From contig NW_026782303.1 of the NCBI RefSeq assembly GCF_031769215.1, positions 620,001 to 684,000 of the forward strand: a stretch of DNA of 64,000 nt. The letters are read 5' to 3'. The translations under genes were made by a program, and so were the position numbers. The notes beneath the pieces are model-generated. The model made no database searches, was not told where the DNA came from, and saw nothing but the letters and a program-made list of their open reading frames with translations. Source of the stretch: Ylistrum balloti. Taxonomy: Eukaryota. Position 1 is the first letter of the stretch. Every line of letters starts with the position of its first letter. This document shows, piece after piece, positions 12,448 through 23,254 of the stretch.

Positions 12448-13497
12448 ATGTCGACGACTGAAGAAACGGAAACTGCGAAGATGACGGCAGCACAAACAAA
12501 GTTGGAAATAAGAAGACTCGAAATTCAAGCAGAGAAAGAGGAAAAAGAACGCCAAATGAATTTCGAAAGAGAAAGGATGACGATGGAAGTTGAAAGAGAA
12601 AAGATGAGAATGGACGCCGAAGAAAAGGAAAGAGAACATCAAAGGGAAGTGGAAAGAGAAAAGATAAGAATGGACGCCGAAGAAAAGGAAAGAGAACATC
12701 AAAGGAAAGTGAAAGAATTGGAACTAGAGATTGAAAAAGCAAAACTTCAAAAGGAACGGTGTGAGACAAATTCTAACCCTGTGCCGTTTAGACTGAAACT
12801 TCAACCTTATAATCATACTGAAAGTGAGGATATAGTGACATTCTTATCAGAGTTTACTGCTTTATCAACACAGGCTGGATGGACAGAAGAAGTAAAAATG
12901 CTACAGCTGAGATCCTTGTTAACAGGTGAGGCCAGAGAGGTAGCTATTCAAGCACATGGGTCATTTGAAGAACTTTGTAAAGCCCTAATGGACAGGTACG
13001 GGAAAAGGCCCTACCAATATTTCAAGCTATTACAGACAGCCCAAAGGGAACCTAAGGAAACATACAGAGGACTTATGGCAAGAATTGAACAATATCTTAC
13101 TAGATTTGTGGACTCAGTAGAGGATGTCATGGAAAAATTCAAAGAGGAATATTTTCTTAGTGCATTGCCAGTGTCACAAGCACAATGGATACGCCGTAAC
13201 AAAGGGTCAAGCAGTGTGGTTGAAGCCGCAGAGGATTATATTCTACCTGAACGGAATATAAACAAATCAACGCAAGGTAAAAGTATAAATGGAAAAACTT
13301 TTACCTCTGATCGGGACCAGAGAAAGGAGCAATCGACAGAGCAAATGAAAAGTGTGCAGTGTTACAATTGTAACAAGTACGGGCACTTCGCGAGGAAATG
13401 TCCAAAAAACAGAGAAGGTAAAAAATCTTGCAGGATTTTTAGTGCGACAATACACGGGAGGACTTATCCATGTCCCAGGAGAGGTCAATGGCCGTGA
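12448..13497 (+). CDS. gag: Retrotransposon Gag (349 aa): N-terminal E/R/K coiled coil, capsid region with SCAN-like C-terminal segment, CX2CX4HX4C zinc knuckle
   Basis: Uninterrupted ORF after the PBS. CYNCNKYGHFARKC is at 13360-13401. EEYFLSALPVSQAQWIRRNKGSSSVVEAAEDY resembles the SCAN/Gmr1 capsid pattern EQFL..LP..+..W+. Confidence 0.9.
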   Translation: MSTTEETETAKMTAAQTKLEIRRLEIQAEKEEKERQMNFERERMTMEVEREKMRMDAEEKEREHQREVEREKIRMDAEEKEREHQRKVKELELEIEKAKLQKERCETNSNPVPFRLKLQPYNHTESEDIVTFLSEFTALSTQAGWTEEVKMLQLRSLLTGEAREVAIQAHGSFEELCKALMDRYGKRPYQYFKLLQTAQREPKETYRGLMARIEQYLTRFVDSVEDVMEKFKEEYFLSALPVSQAQWIRRNKGSSSVVEAAEDYILPERNINKSTQGKSINGKTFTSDRDQRKEQSTEQMKSVQCYNCNKYGHFARKCPKNREGKKSCRIFSATIHGRTYPCPRRGQWP

Positions 13498-14551
13498 TAT
13501 TAGTTTCGTGAAAGACACTGGGTCAGCGATGACCTTGATTAGGGAAGATCTAGTGGACCCAAGTTGTGTATTGGAGGGTCAGCGGGAGACGCTGTGTACA
13601 GCGACTGGACAGCCGTTTTCAGCCAAACTGGCTATCGTTGATATGGACACGCCATATTATAAGGGACATGCTCAGGTCGGATTAGTGCCTGACCTTGTCG
13701 CTGAAGCCCTGTTGGGGGTAGACATCATAGAGAGACAATCAAAGGCTGTGAATGTTGTTACGCGTGCACAACATCGTAATAACATTGCTGAAGAAAGGCT
13801 AGCTGAGGACAAGGCAAAGGAATGCCATGTAAAAGTTGGAATGGACCCCGACACGGACCAAGTGGATGCCAGTAAGGGAAGTGATGTTGGACAGGCGAAC
13901 GATGTGGACCTGGACCATGGCGATGGCGTTGGTGAGGACATTGACAACATCAGTGAGACTGTATCCCACAGCAATGGGGATGATACAGTTAACATCACAA
14001 CAGAGGAACCGCTTGAACTTTCTGCTGTAAATGCTGAAGTGCTTAGTAAGCTTCAGCAGGAAGATCCAACTTTAGCCAACATTCGGAGAAAAGCTGCAAG
14101 TTCAGAGGAATCTGTGCAGGAAGATAGGAATGCCCTGTACTGGGAAAATGGGATTCTCCGTAGGAAATGGGAGTCTAGTGATGGAGCCAAACATGGAGTC
14201 CAGGTAGTACTACCAGAGGCACTACGTCTCAATATCATTAAATTGGGACATGATAGACCACTTGCGGGACATTTAGGGATAGAAAAGACCAAAGAGCGTG
14301 TCTTTAATTCGTTCTATTGGCCAGGGATTTTTAAGGACATACAGGAATACTGCAGTACTTGTAACGTATGTCAAAAGACCGCCAGAAGACGTGGTGACGA
14401 GAAAGCTCCATTAGGACAACCACTGATCATCAGTGAGCCTTTTTACAAAATAGCTATGGATATTGTTGGGCCACTGTCTCGAACAAAGAAGAAGAAAAAG
14501 AAGAAGAAAAAAAAAAAAAAGAACACGGACATGTGTTTTAAGGTTTTGTGA
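13352..14551 (+). pseudogene. pol: Truncated pol: aspartic protease, acidic linker, integrase HHCC domain and first catalytic Asp; ends in 12 Lys codons and reads into the 3' LTR
   Basis: GEVNG..FVKDTGS (DTG at 13514-13522), VVTRAQ and QQEDPTL linker motifs, HDRPLAGHLG...CNVC (14249-14371), AMDIVGPL (D at 14459-14461). No YxDD RT or RNase H. The listed start is an in-frame GTG inside gag; real pol-like sequence starts around 13405-13426. Confidence 0.88.
14485..14523 (+). other. 39-nt purine-only (AAG)n/poly(A) filler at the internal deletion junction
   Basis: AAAGAAGAAGAAAAAGAAGAAGAAAAAAAAAAAAAAGAA lies between the integrase codons and LTR position 6; A14 run at 14507-14520. Confidence 0.85.
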
Positions 14552-15188
14552 TGTTTATACCTTAAGAACAAACAGTGACAGTCTTACAGAAGTACCTTAT
14601 CCAAGGAAGTTAACAGTATATTGTAGAATTTAGAATTAACTGTTGTTCAAGTAAACTTACCAGTGTTTGTGTACATACTAAATATTATCTCAGCCTGAGT
14701 ATCATGAGCAGTTTGCTATCTCTGAACTTTTAGACCGTAAAAGTTTTCTTAGGCAGGGGGATGTTAATAGTGAAATTTGTCACTCAAGTGTAGAACATAA
14801 TTTGTGTTAAATCTTAATGTGACTGGCTGGCTTATCAGACAGATAGTTTAATTGCGGTCACCTTAGTGTCAGAATCATGCCGTGAAACATTGGCTGGACA
14901 TGCTCTCCACCATGGAGACATTAACTGGTCACGGTTTAATTGTAGATCAGTAGAAGGCACTTTCCCTATCAGAATTAGATTATAATTGCTTTAGGATAAA
15001 CTGTAAGATCACAGCAAATAGAGTCAGTCCTGGTGTGGCCGTGGAAGGAGTAACTTGTTAAGCTCGATACTCAGGCCATACATGTTATCATTGTTGTAAC
15101 TTGTGTTAATACTCAACATTTGCACTTGAGAACGGTTGTTGCTGGTCTTTTGTATAACATAAGGATAGTACAACATAGAGGGGTAACA
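14523..15188 (+). repeat. 3' LTR (666 bp, lacking the first 5 nt TGTGG)
   Basis: Matches 11699-12364 and ends with the canonical CA (GGGGTAACA). Confidence 0.9.
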
Positions 15189-16636
15189 ATGACATTCAGT
15201 TCTGTGGTAAAACTTCATTTCCATAGAAGTCAGCAAACAACACAAGTCAGTAACTCAAGTTACCTTATCACCAACCGACCGTCTTGGAAGTGGAGCTAGG
15301 CATTTCAGGAGGAATCGTGTCATCGACAACGTTGTCTAGGTTGCCGCCATGTGAATATAAAAAATGAATATAAAATTAGTTTTTATGTTCATGTATTTTA
15401 AATGATTTAAAAATGAGACTATATTTTGTTGCATACCATTGAGTTATAATGAGTGAGAAGTGACCGCATAGTCAGCTTTAATATTGGTCCTAGATATGCG
15501 AGTAATTTGGCTATATTGTTTCTGAAAAAGTAATAAATAGTATATTAAATAGTGTCTGCCGTAATAACACACAGATTTCACTCATGTGTCCATATCTTTT
15601 CGTATCTTTCACGAGCGAAAAATACTAAAATAATAGACCAAATTGGGAAATATATTTGTTATTACTGAAGACAAAATTAAATATCCTCTGTGTCTCCATA
15701 ATGTTTTGTGCTATTGGTTTTGAACTATTGGCGATCATCTTAATTATAATTCAAAGGTCTCTGGAGGATGAAGAGGATATCTTACACTGTACTAAACTTT
15801 TGAACATAAATCCTGTTTTTATATAAATCTTCATTGGTGCAAAAATATACTAGCTCTGGATAACTCTTTAAACCTTGCTGTGATAAAATCATCATTATAA
15901 TCATATTTCATTTTGATTCTGCTATTTCCCGTTCGGTCAATCATTCTTAAAAGAATTTGCATCTATGTTAGGTATGATATTGTGCCCGTAGATAAGGCAT
16001 CAAATAGTTCGATCCTTGTCTACAGTTGTAGACCAGGCTTACTTGAAGAAAATCCCATCTATACGTTATGTTTATTTTTCAAAAACGAAATACTCACCAA
16101 TCACGTTTCAGTTTTAAAATCATAAATTGGCTATTGACAATAAGGATATGGACCTGCCTCATTTATCTTGGATTCGTAAACTTCCCCATATTCCATGTAT
16201 ACACCGTTTTATTGCTGTCTCGTCTAGCTGTTCAATCAGACCTTCTCCAATTTTTATGCACCATTCTTTGTACTCTCTAGATATGGTTAAAATGGTATTG
16301 TGATACTTTTAAGTTTCAGTAGTTGAATGACTGGTATGTTGATTAAAAAGAAATCACAGGAGCATTTGACCACTTATTGAAACCATCGCCTAGAATACAT
16401 TTCTTCTATAAGAAGATTCGATTGTACACCACCATGTCCCATATTTAATTGAAATAACTTCGCTTCGTTCTGTTTTTTTTTTTCAAAGAGAGGCTTTATT
16501 GAAGCGTATTTTTTAACAAACATGTCATGTCTTTAAATAACAATATATTTTAATTACCACATTGTACCTCATCTTATATAGAGTGTCTCCCGCACAAATG
16601 GAAATCAAAGACACGATAGACTATTCTATCCCTTTC
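15189..16636 (+). repeat. Right copy (D2) of the duplicated flank; continues into the uninterrupted original sequence
   Basis: Starts immediately after the LTR terminal CA. The duplicated ORF-track hits 10970/15913 and 11125/16068 confirm the copy. Confidence 0.95.
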
Positions 16637-16930
16637 CTCGATTTTTTCCTACAACGAAACCAACATAAACATCATTCCACCAAGCTGTATGATGATCGTT
16701 ATGATGTCAGTTTCACTGTTGTATAATTTCTGTTTCTGGCTAGAAGCATCCCTACGTGCCAAACTATGGTGTTTACATATCACAGTTGTTTCGGAATTCA
16801 AGGGTATTTTCTTAATTTCACAGTGGTCATGAGAGATGTCGACAACCTTACAACACAGAGTTTCGAGAGAATCCAGTTGATCAAAATGATGGGGATTTTC
16901 TTAGGTAGTCATGATGATCTCAGGGAAAAG
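15913..16930 (+). mobile_element. Degenerate Penelope-like RT relic (uninterrupted copy)
   Basis: Same motifs as 10970-11690, continuing past 16636 as MEIKDTIDYSIPFLDF...STKLYDDRYDVSF, NYGVYISQLFRNSR and FLGSHDDLREKYS. Confidence 0.8.
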
Positions 16931-18084
16931 TATTCTCCTTCTGCTTTTTGTATGCATGCAACTCTTTCCTTGGTAAATGTTTTGCGTTTTAACTCTATTG
17001 AATTTGACTTTTGATTGATATTTTATCAATATGTTGACATTTTCTTTGTTCTTCTTACAGCCATATCTTCTTTTAGTGCTCTATCAAAGTGCATTTTCTG
17101 CTTCACTCAGGAACTTCTAAAACTTAAACTAAAGTGTATTTGGTGTGCGATTCAAAAATGCCATGTAGGCATTGCTTTCCCTTATCTAACTACATATCCG
17201 TCTACATATTTTTTCTACTGATAAATTCTTTCTTTAAAGTTATTTTAAAGTATCTGTAATCGCCTCTATTTCTTTTTGTTTGGTTGATGTTTCATTTTGG
17301 AATTTTGTCCATCATTTCAATGACCGAATGGCATTTTCTGTGTTGACGGGCCGCTCAAAATGTAAAAAAAAAAGAGCAACAATTATCCTTCATCGTTACA
17401 AGTACCTATATGTGTTAAGCGACGTAAGACTTATCAATTAATCAAAAGATGAATATATTTTCGAATATATAAGTAATACGATACTCTCTGTATAAAGAAA
17501 CCAACTCCTAAGCTTTTAATCAAACTCAACCAGAGCCAGAGGTTACACGCTTTGATTCTATAGCGTATCATGGCCGTCAAATTTCCCTATTATATCTGAA
17601 ATAAACCTTGAGGCCCGGATGTCATTTCACGATAGGGCCACTCTCTGTTCAGAGGATCGGAGTAATATTACCACTAAATGAAGACAGAAATCTGTGTTTT
17701 AGAACGAAGCTTAATTATCCTTGAACGTATCCTCTTTAATGTGATACCTAGGTCCGTGATTTGTCTGATCTTTGCCGACTTAGAGGGATCAAGATATTGA
17801 CAGCTAGAACCAATATGTGTCTTCATTTAGAATCACACGAAGAGACTAACGGGACAATGTTTTATCACTTACTTCCGGGTTCTATTTTTTGTGATTTTCT
17901 TTTCAATTGTGTTTTATTCACTCAAACTAGAGACGATTAAATACCTTGGGGCTTTTTCTGTTTTCTTAACAAACTGTTTCTGTTTGAGAGCACCTGTTCT
18001 GTGCATTCTGTCCGAAAAGACCTATTGTTGATGGGTCGTAAATCAATAAAAAAAAAGAAGGAAAAAACCCTCCCTCCGAGACTG

Positions 18085-18265
18085 GCGTTGAAAAAATGGA
18101 AGTGTTACTATTCCCTGCTTAACACTCAAACCGGATCTTGATCGCCCGTTGTCGTGACCGGATGAGGGTGTCTTGATGACTGCCTTTGATAGTATACTTT
18201 AGTCGGTAGCACTGTAATGTCGGCATTAGTTCCTCATTATTACAAGGACAGCAACCCGGCAGCTC
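18085..18265 (+). mobile_element. CORE-type SINE relic
   Basis: CCTGCTTAACACTC..GCCCGTTGTC..GTGACCGGATGAGGGTGTC..GTCGGCATTAGTTCCTCATTATTACAAGG is shared with copies at 21.7k, 41.8k and 44.3k. Confidence 0.5.
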
Positions 18266-21200
18266 TCCAAAAAGTAAACACTCAACATATGCACAGGGAT
18301 TTCGGTCTTAATCAGCCTTATATTTAGATAGAACATTTAACAACATCCAGTATAACCAACCAAAAATAGAAACTGCATGACGGAATGCAATAACATTATG
18401 TATGCTTTACTATTTCTAATTCTTCATGGGTTTCACACCTACTCTGTTTTCAAAACAAATAACATAAACATACAAGGCTTTCATTTTCAAAAATAAAATT
18501 TTGTTGGCTCAGGTTTTAACGGTTACTCCCAAAAGTGCGTAAATATTAACCAAAGGGTCAGCCTCGCCTTGGTGCATTTCCTTTATCATTCCAAATTATT
18601 ATCGGCCGGGGGGTTAAATGTTTCCTTCCATTTTGACATGTAAAAGCGGTTTAAATCTTACCTATGAAGTTTAAATTTTGATATATTGAAACTGCTCTGG
18701 TAGGGTGGTTCTCATTTGCGAATCGGAGATGTTACTATGCTCATTGAAAAATACGATTTAATGATCGACAAAGAAGTCAAATTTCTTTTTATACATTAAT
18801 TTTAATAGTACTTTTTACAGTAATCATGAGCGATGAGCATTTGTAACCATGGCTATGATTTATCAGTTAACAAACGTTTTGACAGTAGTTTTAAAAAAAC
18901 AATGAACACATTGAAAATGTGGTATTATATTCAGTATTCAGAAAATAATTCTACCAAATAAAGATTCAAAAGTCAGGGAATATCAATTGATGCATGCAAA
19001 TGAATTCAGGACATTTTATTCGGAGAGATCATGCTGTAATGATAATTTCGCCCAACGCTAATGACACAAAGCTCATTTTGCTTCCATATATTGCATCTAA
19101 AATTGATTTAGAATGATACATTGTACCTCATACTGTCACAAGATTACAAGTCTCTAACACATATGTTTTACGCTGAATGTCAAGCAGAGAATTATACCAT
19201 CCTTAGGCTTCGATCAGTACATAGGACCCACCATCTCATCACTCAACAGTGGTAGGACAATTGATATTGAAACAAGGTATGTCTAAGTAAGGCAATGGAT
19301 AAAATAATTTTTATAGAAAATAATTGCTGAAAAGTAGCGGAAATAAAAAAAATGTAATCAATTTCATGTCTCCATGTGGACAATTAATGACGATGCTGCA
19401 GCATCTGCAATATTCATGAAATAGTTTATAAAAGACCCACTTTGTCTACATCTAAAACACATAGTATATAGTGATGAATTATGCATTTTGCTTGGTATGT
19501 CGTAGAGTGCGTACTGAGAACAACGAGTTGAACATAATACCTCTTGACACGCATTCTAATATCCAATCACGAAGTAGGGCACTCTTATCGTTGAACATTG
19601 TGCTTAGTGTGACGCTTAAAGGAAAGTATTGAAGAAAGTTTAGTCTATTTCAGTGAAGTTAGTTTTTATTGCAGTTCCTATAGACGACATAACGGCGTTC
19701 AGGTAAGGTTAAATGATACACGGACATTTTCTTTCTTCGTAAGTGCAATCACTATGATGTAAACAAACAACGTACTACAACCTAATAAAACATTCAAATA
19801 TCTTACAATTATCATGCACAAAAACAATAAACAACGAAGGAATACATACATATCAGGGGAAACTGTTATTAGACACATTTACATATTTCCGTTTGAAATG
19901 TGATTGACATACTGGTATACGAATTATGAATGACTGCAAATGGCGCCAATTAGATGTCAAAAAGTCACGACATGTCACGCCAGCTGTTATGCGGAGTGAT
20001 TTGTTATCAAAATCTCCTTCATGAAATTATATAATTTATACATGTATGTGTTATTCTTGGTTTTGATGCCTATCTAAGAAAATAGATTAAGTTTAAGATT
20101 TGGAATATTTTTTAGTTTCATGCTGATAGAAAAGAATAAACATTTTTGCAAACATATCATTAATGCTGTACTGGCATTCATTAAGTTTACACGCATTCAT
20201 ACGTTTGCTACAAAAGTGGGGGTGGGATGACATTTTCCCAGTCCTATGTAATGAAAAAACAAGGCAATGAATTGAGATTGCAAACGCTAAGCATGAAATG
20301 ATTTTAAATGATTGATTTCTAAGCTGGATGAGCGTATTCTGTTTTTTATCTATATTTTGCCGTATTTGATTTGAATTCGAGTTTGAATTAAGGTCTTGTT
20401 GATATGTCAGTATTTTCTTTGTTTTTGTGACGTCCAAATAATAACCATTTTTGAAAGTCATATAAACTTTTGTCATATACAATGTATATTAGATGGAAAC
20501 AAAAACGTAAAGGAAAAGTTGTTCTTGACCAAATTTCTTTGAAAGGAATGTCACATTGAAAACATACTTATAATTATTTCTCAGTCCTTTTATTAAACCT
20601 TGATGTGTTTGAGTGATGGTAGTTCACTGCAGGTCGGGGCGGTTTCCCCAATGACCTCTAGTTAGGAGAGCTCAAGAATATCGTCTGCTGCATACACTAC
20701 ATGATCGATGAGGGGAAACCAAATGTAGGTTCTTGAAATTTCTAGCATTCTTTTTTTTGCCTTGGATTTAAAGTACAATGAAAGGACCAAATACAGAATT
20801 CTGCTGCCCAAATTTCATATTGTCGTTTCTCTTTTGACGCTATTTTTCTCTGCTTTTCTACTCTTGTCACCGTCCTGAGACAATTCCTACCTCAAAAGTA
20901 ATAATGTGACAGTCTATGATTGGACATTTACAGTATTGACATCAGAGACTTAGGAGACGTGCTCCTGTAAAGTGGACAGCTTGTTGTTTCTTAACATGCT
21001 TTCAGTAAACAGACTGCATTTAAACATTTGTAATTCAACGGCTTTGTTCTTTTCAACGTACAGGTCAGATGAGACGAAATCTGAAGAGTCTTGTAAGAAT
21101 CGTCGCCCATCCGTAGACAAGTGTCATTTTCGTCTTCACAGAAAATAATGAAATAATGAAATTTTGAAAAAAAATACTTCCTTGGCCACAGGTGAATTAT

Positions 21201-21724
21201 ATTCGCGAATTAGGCTGTCCTCACACACCATGGGATTATAGGAACAAAGCTAAATTCACCCTGAATTTCAAAAGTATTCTTTCTTACGATCTATGTATGG
21301 TAGAATCAAACACTGCATGAATTGGTTTTAAGGTGCTTTACCACAGGCAAGACGTCCCACATCTGAACAAATAAAAAATAAAAATAACGTAAGCACACGT
21401 TTTTCCTTATATGACTTTCATGCGGTTAATTCAATATCATACAGTTCCATTGACATTTTTGTCGATTATGTACTTACATACTTACTGTAAATCATCGAAA
21501 ATCAAGAATAGTGTTTATTCCAAGAACAACAATATTAGCGCCCACAAATTATTTTCCAGTTTGTTGCCATGTAAAACCGAATACGAAGTACTTACTTAGG
21601 TTTTCACATGGTTTAGTTTTATGTTGTTTAACGTCCTATGAACAGCTAGAATCACTTTGGAGTCAGTCTCTCCATGCATGTAAAGTAAACGGATGTGTTG
21701 AATATGCGTGTTTGGGAGACGTTA

Positions 21725-21890
21725 ATATGTTCGTGCAAGCCTCTTTGTGATAGTGCGGAACTGGTGCCGACTTAAGAGTGCTACCAAGGCCACAAGCAGG
21801 ACAACCCATCTGATCACCTTATACTGACAACGGGAAAACCAGTCTTTACACCTCCACATTACTAAGTGTTAAGCAAGGAGTAGCCATGTA
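21725..21890 (-). mobile_element. CORE-type SINE relic
   Basis: Reverse complement CCTTGCTTAACACTTAG..CCCGTTGTCAGTATAAGGTGATCAGATGGG..GTCGGCACCAGTTCCGCACTATCACAAAG. Confidence 0.55.
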
Positions 21891-22786
21891 CTTTGCATGC
21901 CACGTTTTAATTCATTTGAATATTGGCATGATTCAGAAATATACACATGTTAAAAACTGTATAATGCAGCTTCATTCGTCGTTTGGCTTTGAATTTGAAT
22001 TTGTATTAAAAGGAACAATTTACTGGTTTACTTTGTACATTATGTGTATACAGCACAAGGCCCCATAAGCACACCCAATCAAGTGAATTATACTGAAAAC
22101 GAATTAGTCAACAAGCTTTTTCATAACACTCACTACCACTAAATGCGAAACAAGTAAATGAGCCTCTACAGGGGTTGTAGACATATATATTTTGTACCGG
22201 GCTAAATCGAATTCCAAAACGAGTGCTGCAAGTAAATTGTTTCGTAATCTTGCTGCAGATGCCGTTTCACGGGGTTAGACCCTGTGCAGAAATGATTTTC
22301 AAATCCCTTTCCGGTGCCACTGAAGAAATATACAAGGACATCTGCACAAGATTTCGATTACGAAATGTCACCTGGCTGATTTATTGGAGATGCTAGACGT
22401 AGCCACTGGTCGTCACATTAATATCAGGAGATTATATCCCGTCCTCATTATTTACTATCGGGCTTAGTTCATTCACACACACTGTATCCTGGTGATACAA
22501 GTTTTTTGCCACAAACGCAAGGAACAGAAATTTAAAATTTGTATGTGTACATACCCAAATGTGAAAGCTCTGTTTATGTGATGAGCTATTCTCTAAATCA
22601 TCAGATGCTGTAATAGTAAGAATTGTTAACGTCAACGTTGTATTTTCATGCCCAAACACAACCACACGAAATATATTTTTTACCAGAATCAAAAGTCTTG
22701 GTGATATTTTTCAGCAAATCAACAGCTACAGCGTTTTGAGTTCTAGCTACAAGACCAAGTAGGAATACTTCCTGTTTTTGAAAAAT

Positions 22787-23254
22787 CTTACCGTGCTGTT
22801 TTTTCAACCTCGCAAGTATAAATGTATCACATTTCTACTTCAGAAATTGAAGAACAGTTGTTTAATGTCAATATCCGTTCGCTTACAGTGCTGTTCTTTC
22901 ACCCTCGCAAATATAAGTGAATCACATTTCTACTTCAGAAATTAAGGAACAGTTGTTTAATGTCGATGTCTGTTCGCTTACCGTGCTGTTCTTTCACTCT
23001 CGCAAGTATAAGTGTATCACATTTCTACTTCAGAAATTAAAGAACAGTTGTTTAATGTCGATGTCTGTTCGCTTACCGTGCTGTTCTTTCACTCTCGCAA
23101 GTATAAGTGTATCACATTTCTACTTCAGAAATTAAAGAACAGTTGTTTAATGGCAATATCCGTTCGCTTACCGTGCTGTTCTTTCGTCATCGCAAATGTA
23201 AGTGTATCATGTTTCTACTTCAGAAATTAAATTGTTTAATGTCAATGTCCGTTC
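22787..23254. repeat. Minisatellite, about 4.9 copies of a 95-bp unit
   Basis: Unit starts (C[C/A]GTGCTGTT) at 22791, 22886, 22981, 23076 and 23171; the last unit is partly deleted. Confidence 0.95.

Larger units (their letters stand above)
11694..15188 (+). mobile_element. Ty3/Gypsy LTR retrotransposon, Gmr1-like organisation (gag-PR-IN), internally deleted (no IN core, RT, RNase H), non-autonomous
   Basis: Direct repeats 11699-12364 and 14523-15188 (offset 2824). Starts TGT at 11694 and ends ACA at 15188. PBS follows the 5' LTR. gag ORF has a CCHC knuckle; pol ORF has a DTG protease motif, a Gypsy-type HHCC integrase zinc finger and the start of the rve core (PFYKIAMDIVGPL). Confidence 0.93.

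Noticed and set aside
12433-14292. Minus-strand and alternate-frame ORFs overlapping gag/pol (12433-12702, 12443-12769, 13011-13202, 13267-13518, 13672-13998, 13836-14030, 14053-14292)
   Set aside because: Shadows of the purine-rich gag/pol coding sequence; low-complexity translations with no motifs.
11686-15196. Canonical 4-6 bp target-site duplication around the LTR element
   Set aside because: Left flank TTTCAGT and right flank ATGACAT do not match at any length from 4 to 6.
22917-23230. Two near-identical 72-aa ORFs
   Set aside because: Produced by the 95-bp tandem array; the unit length is not a multiple of 3, so the frames shift between copies.
22787-23254. CRISPR-like array
   Set aside because: Whole 95-bp units repeat with no unique spacers, there are no cas genes, and the context is eukaryotic.
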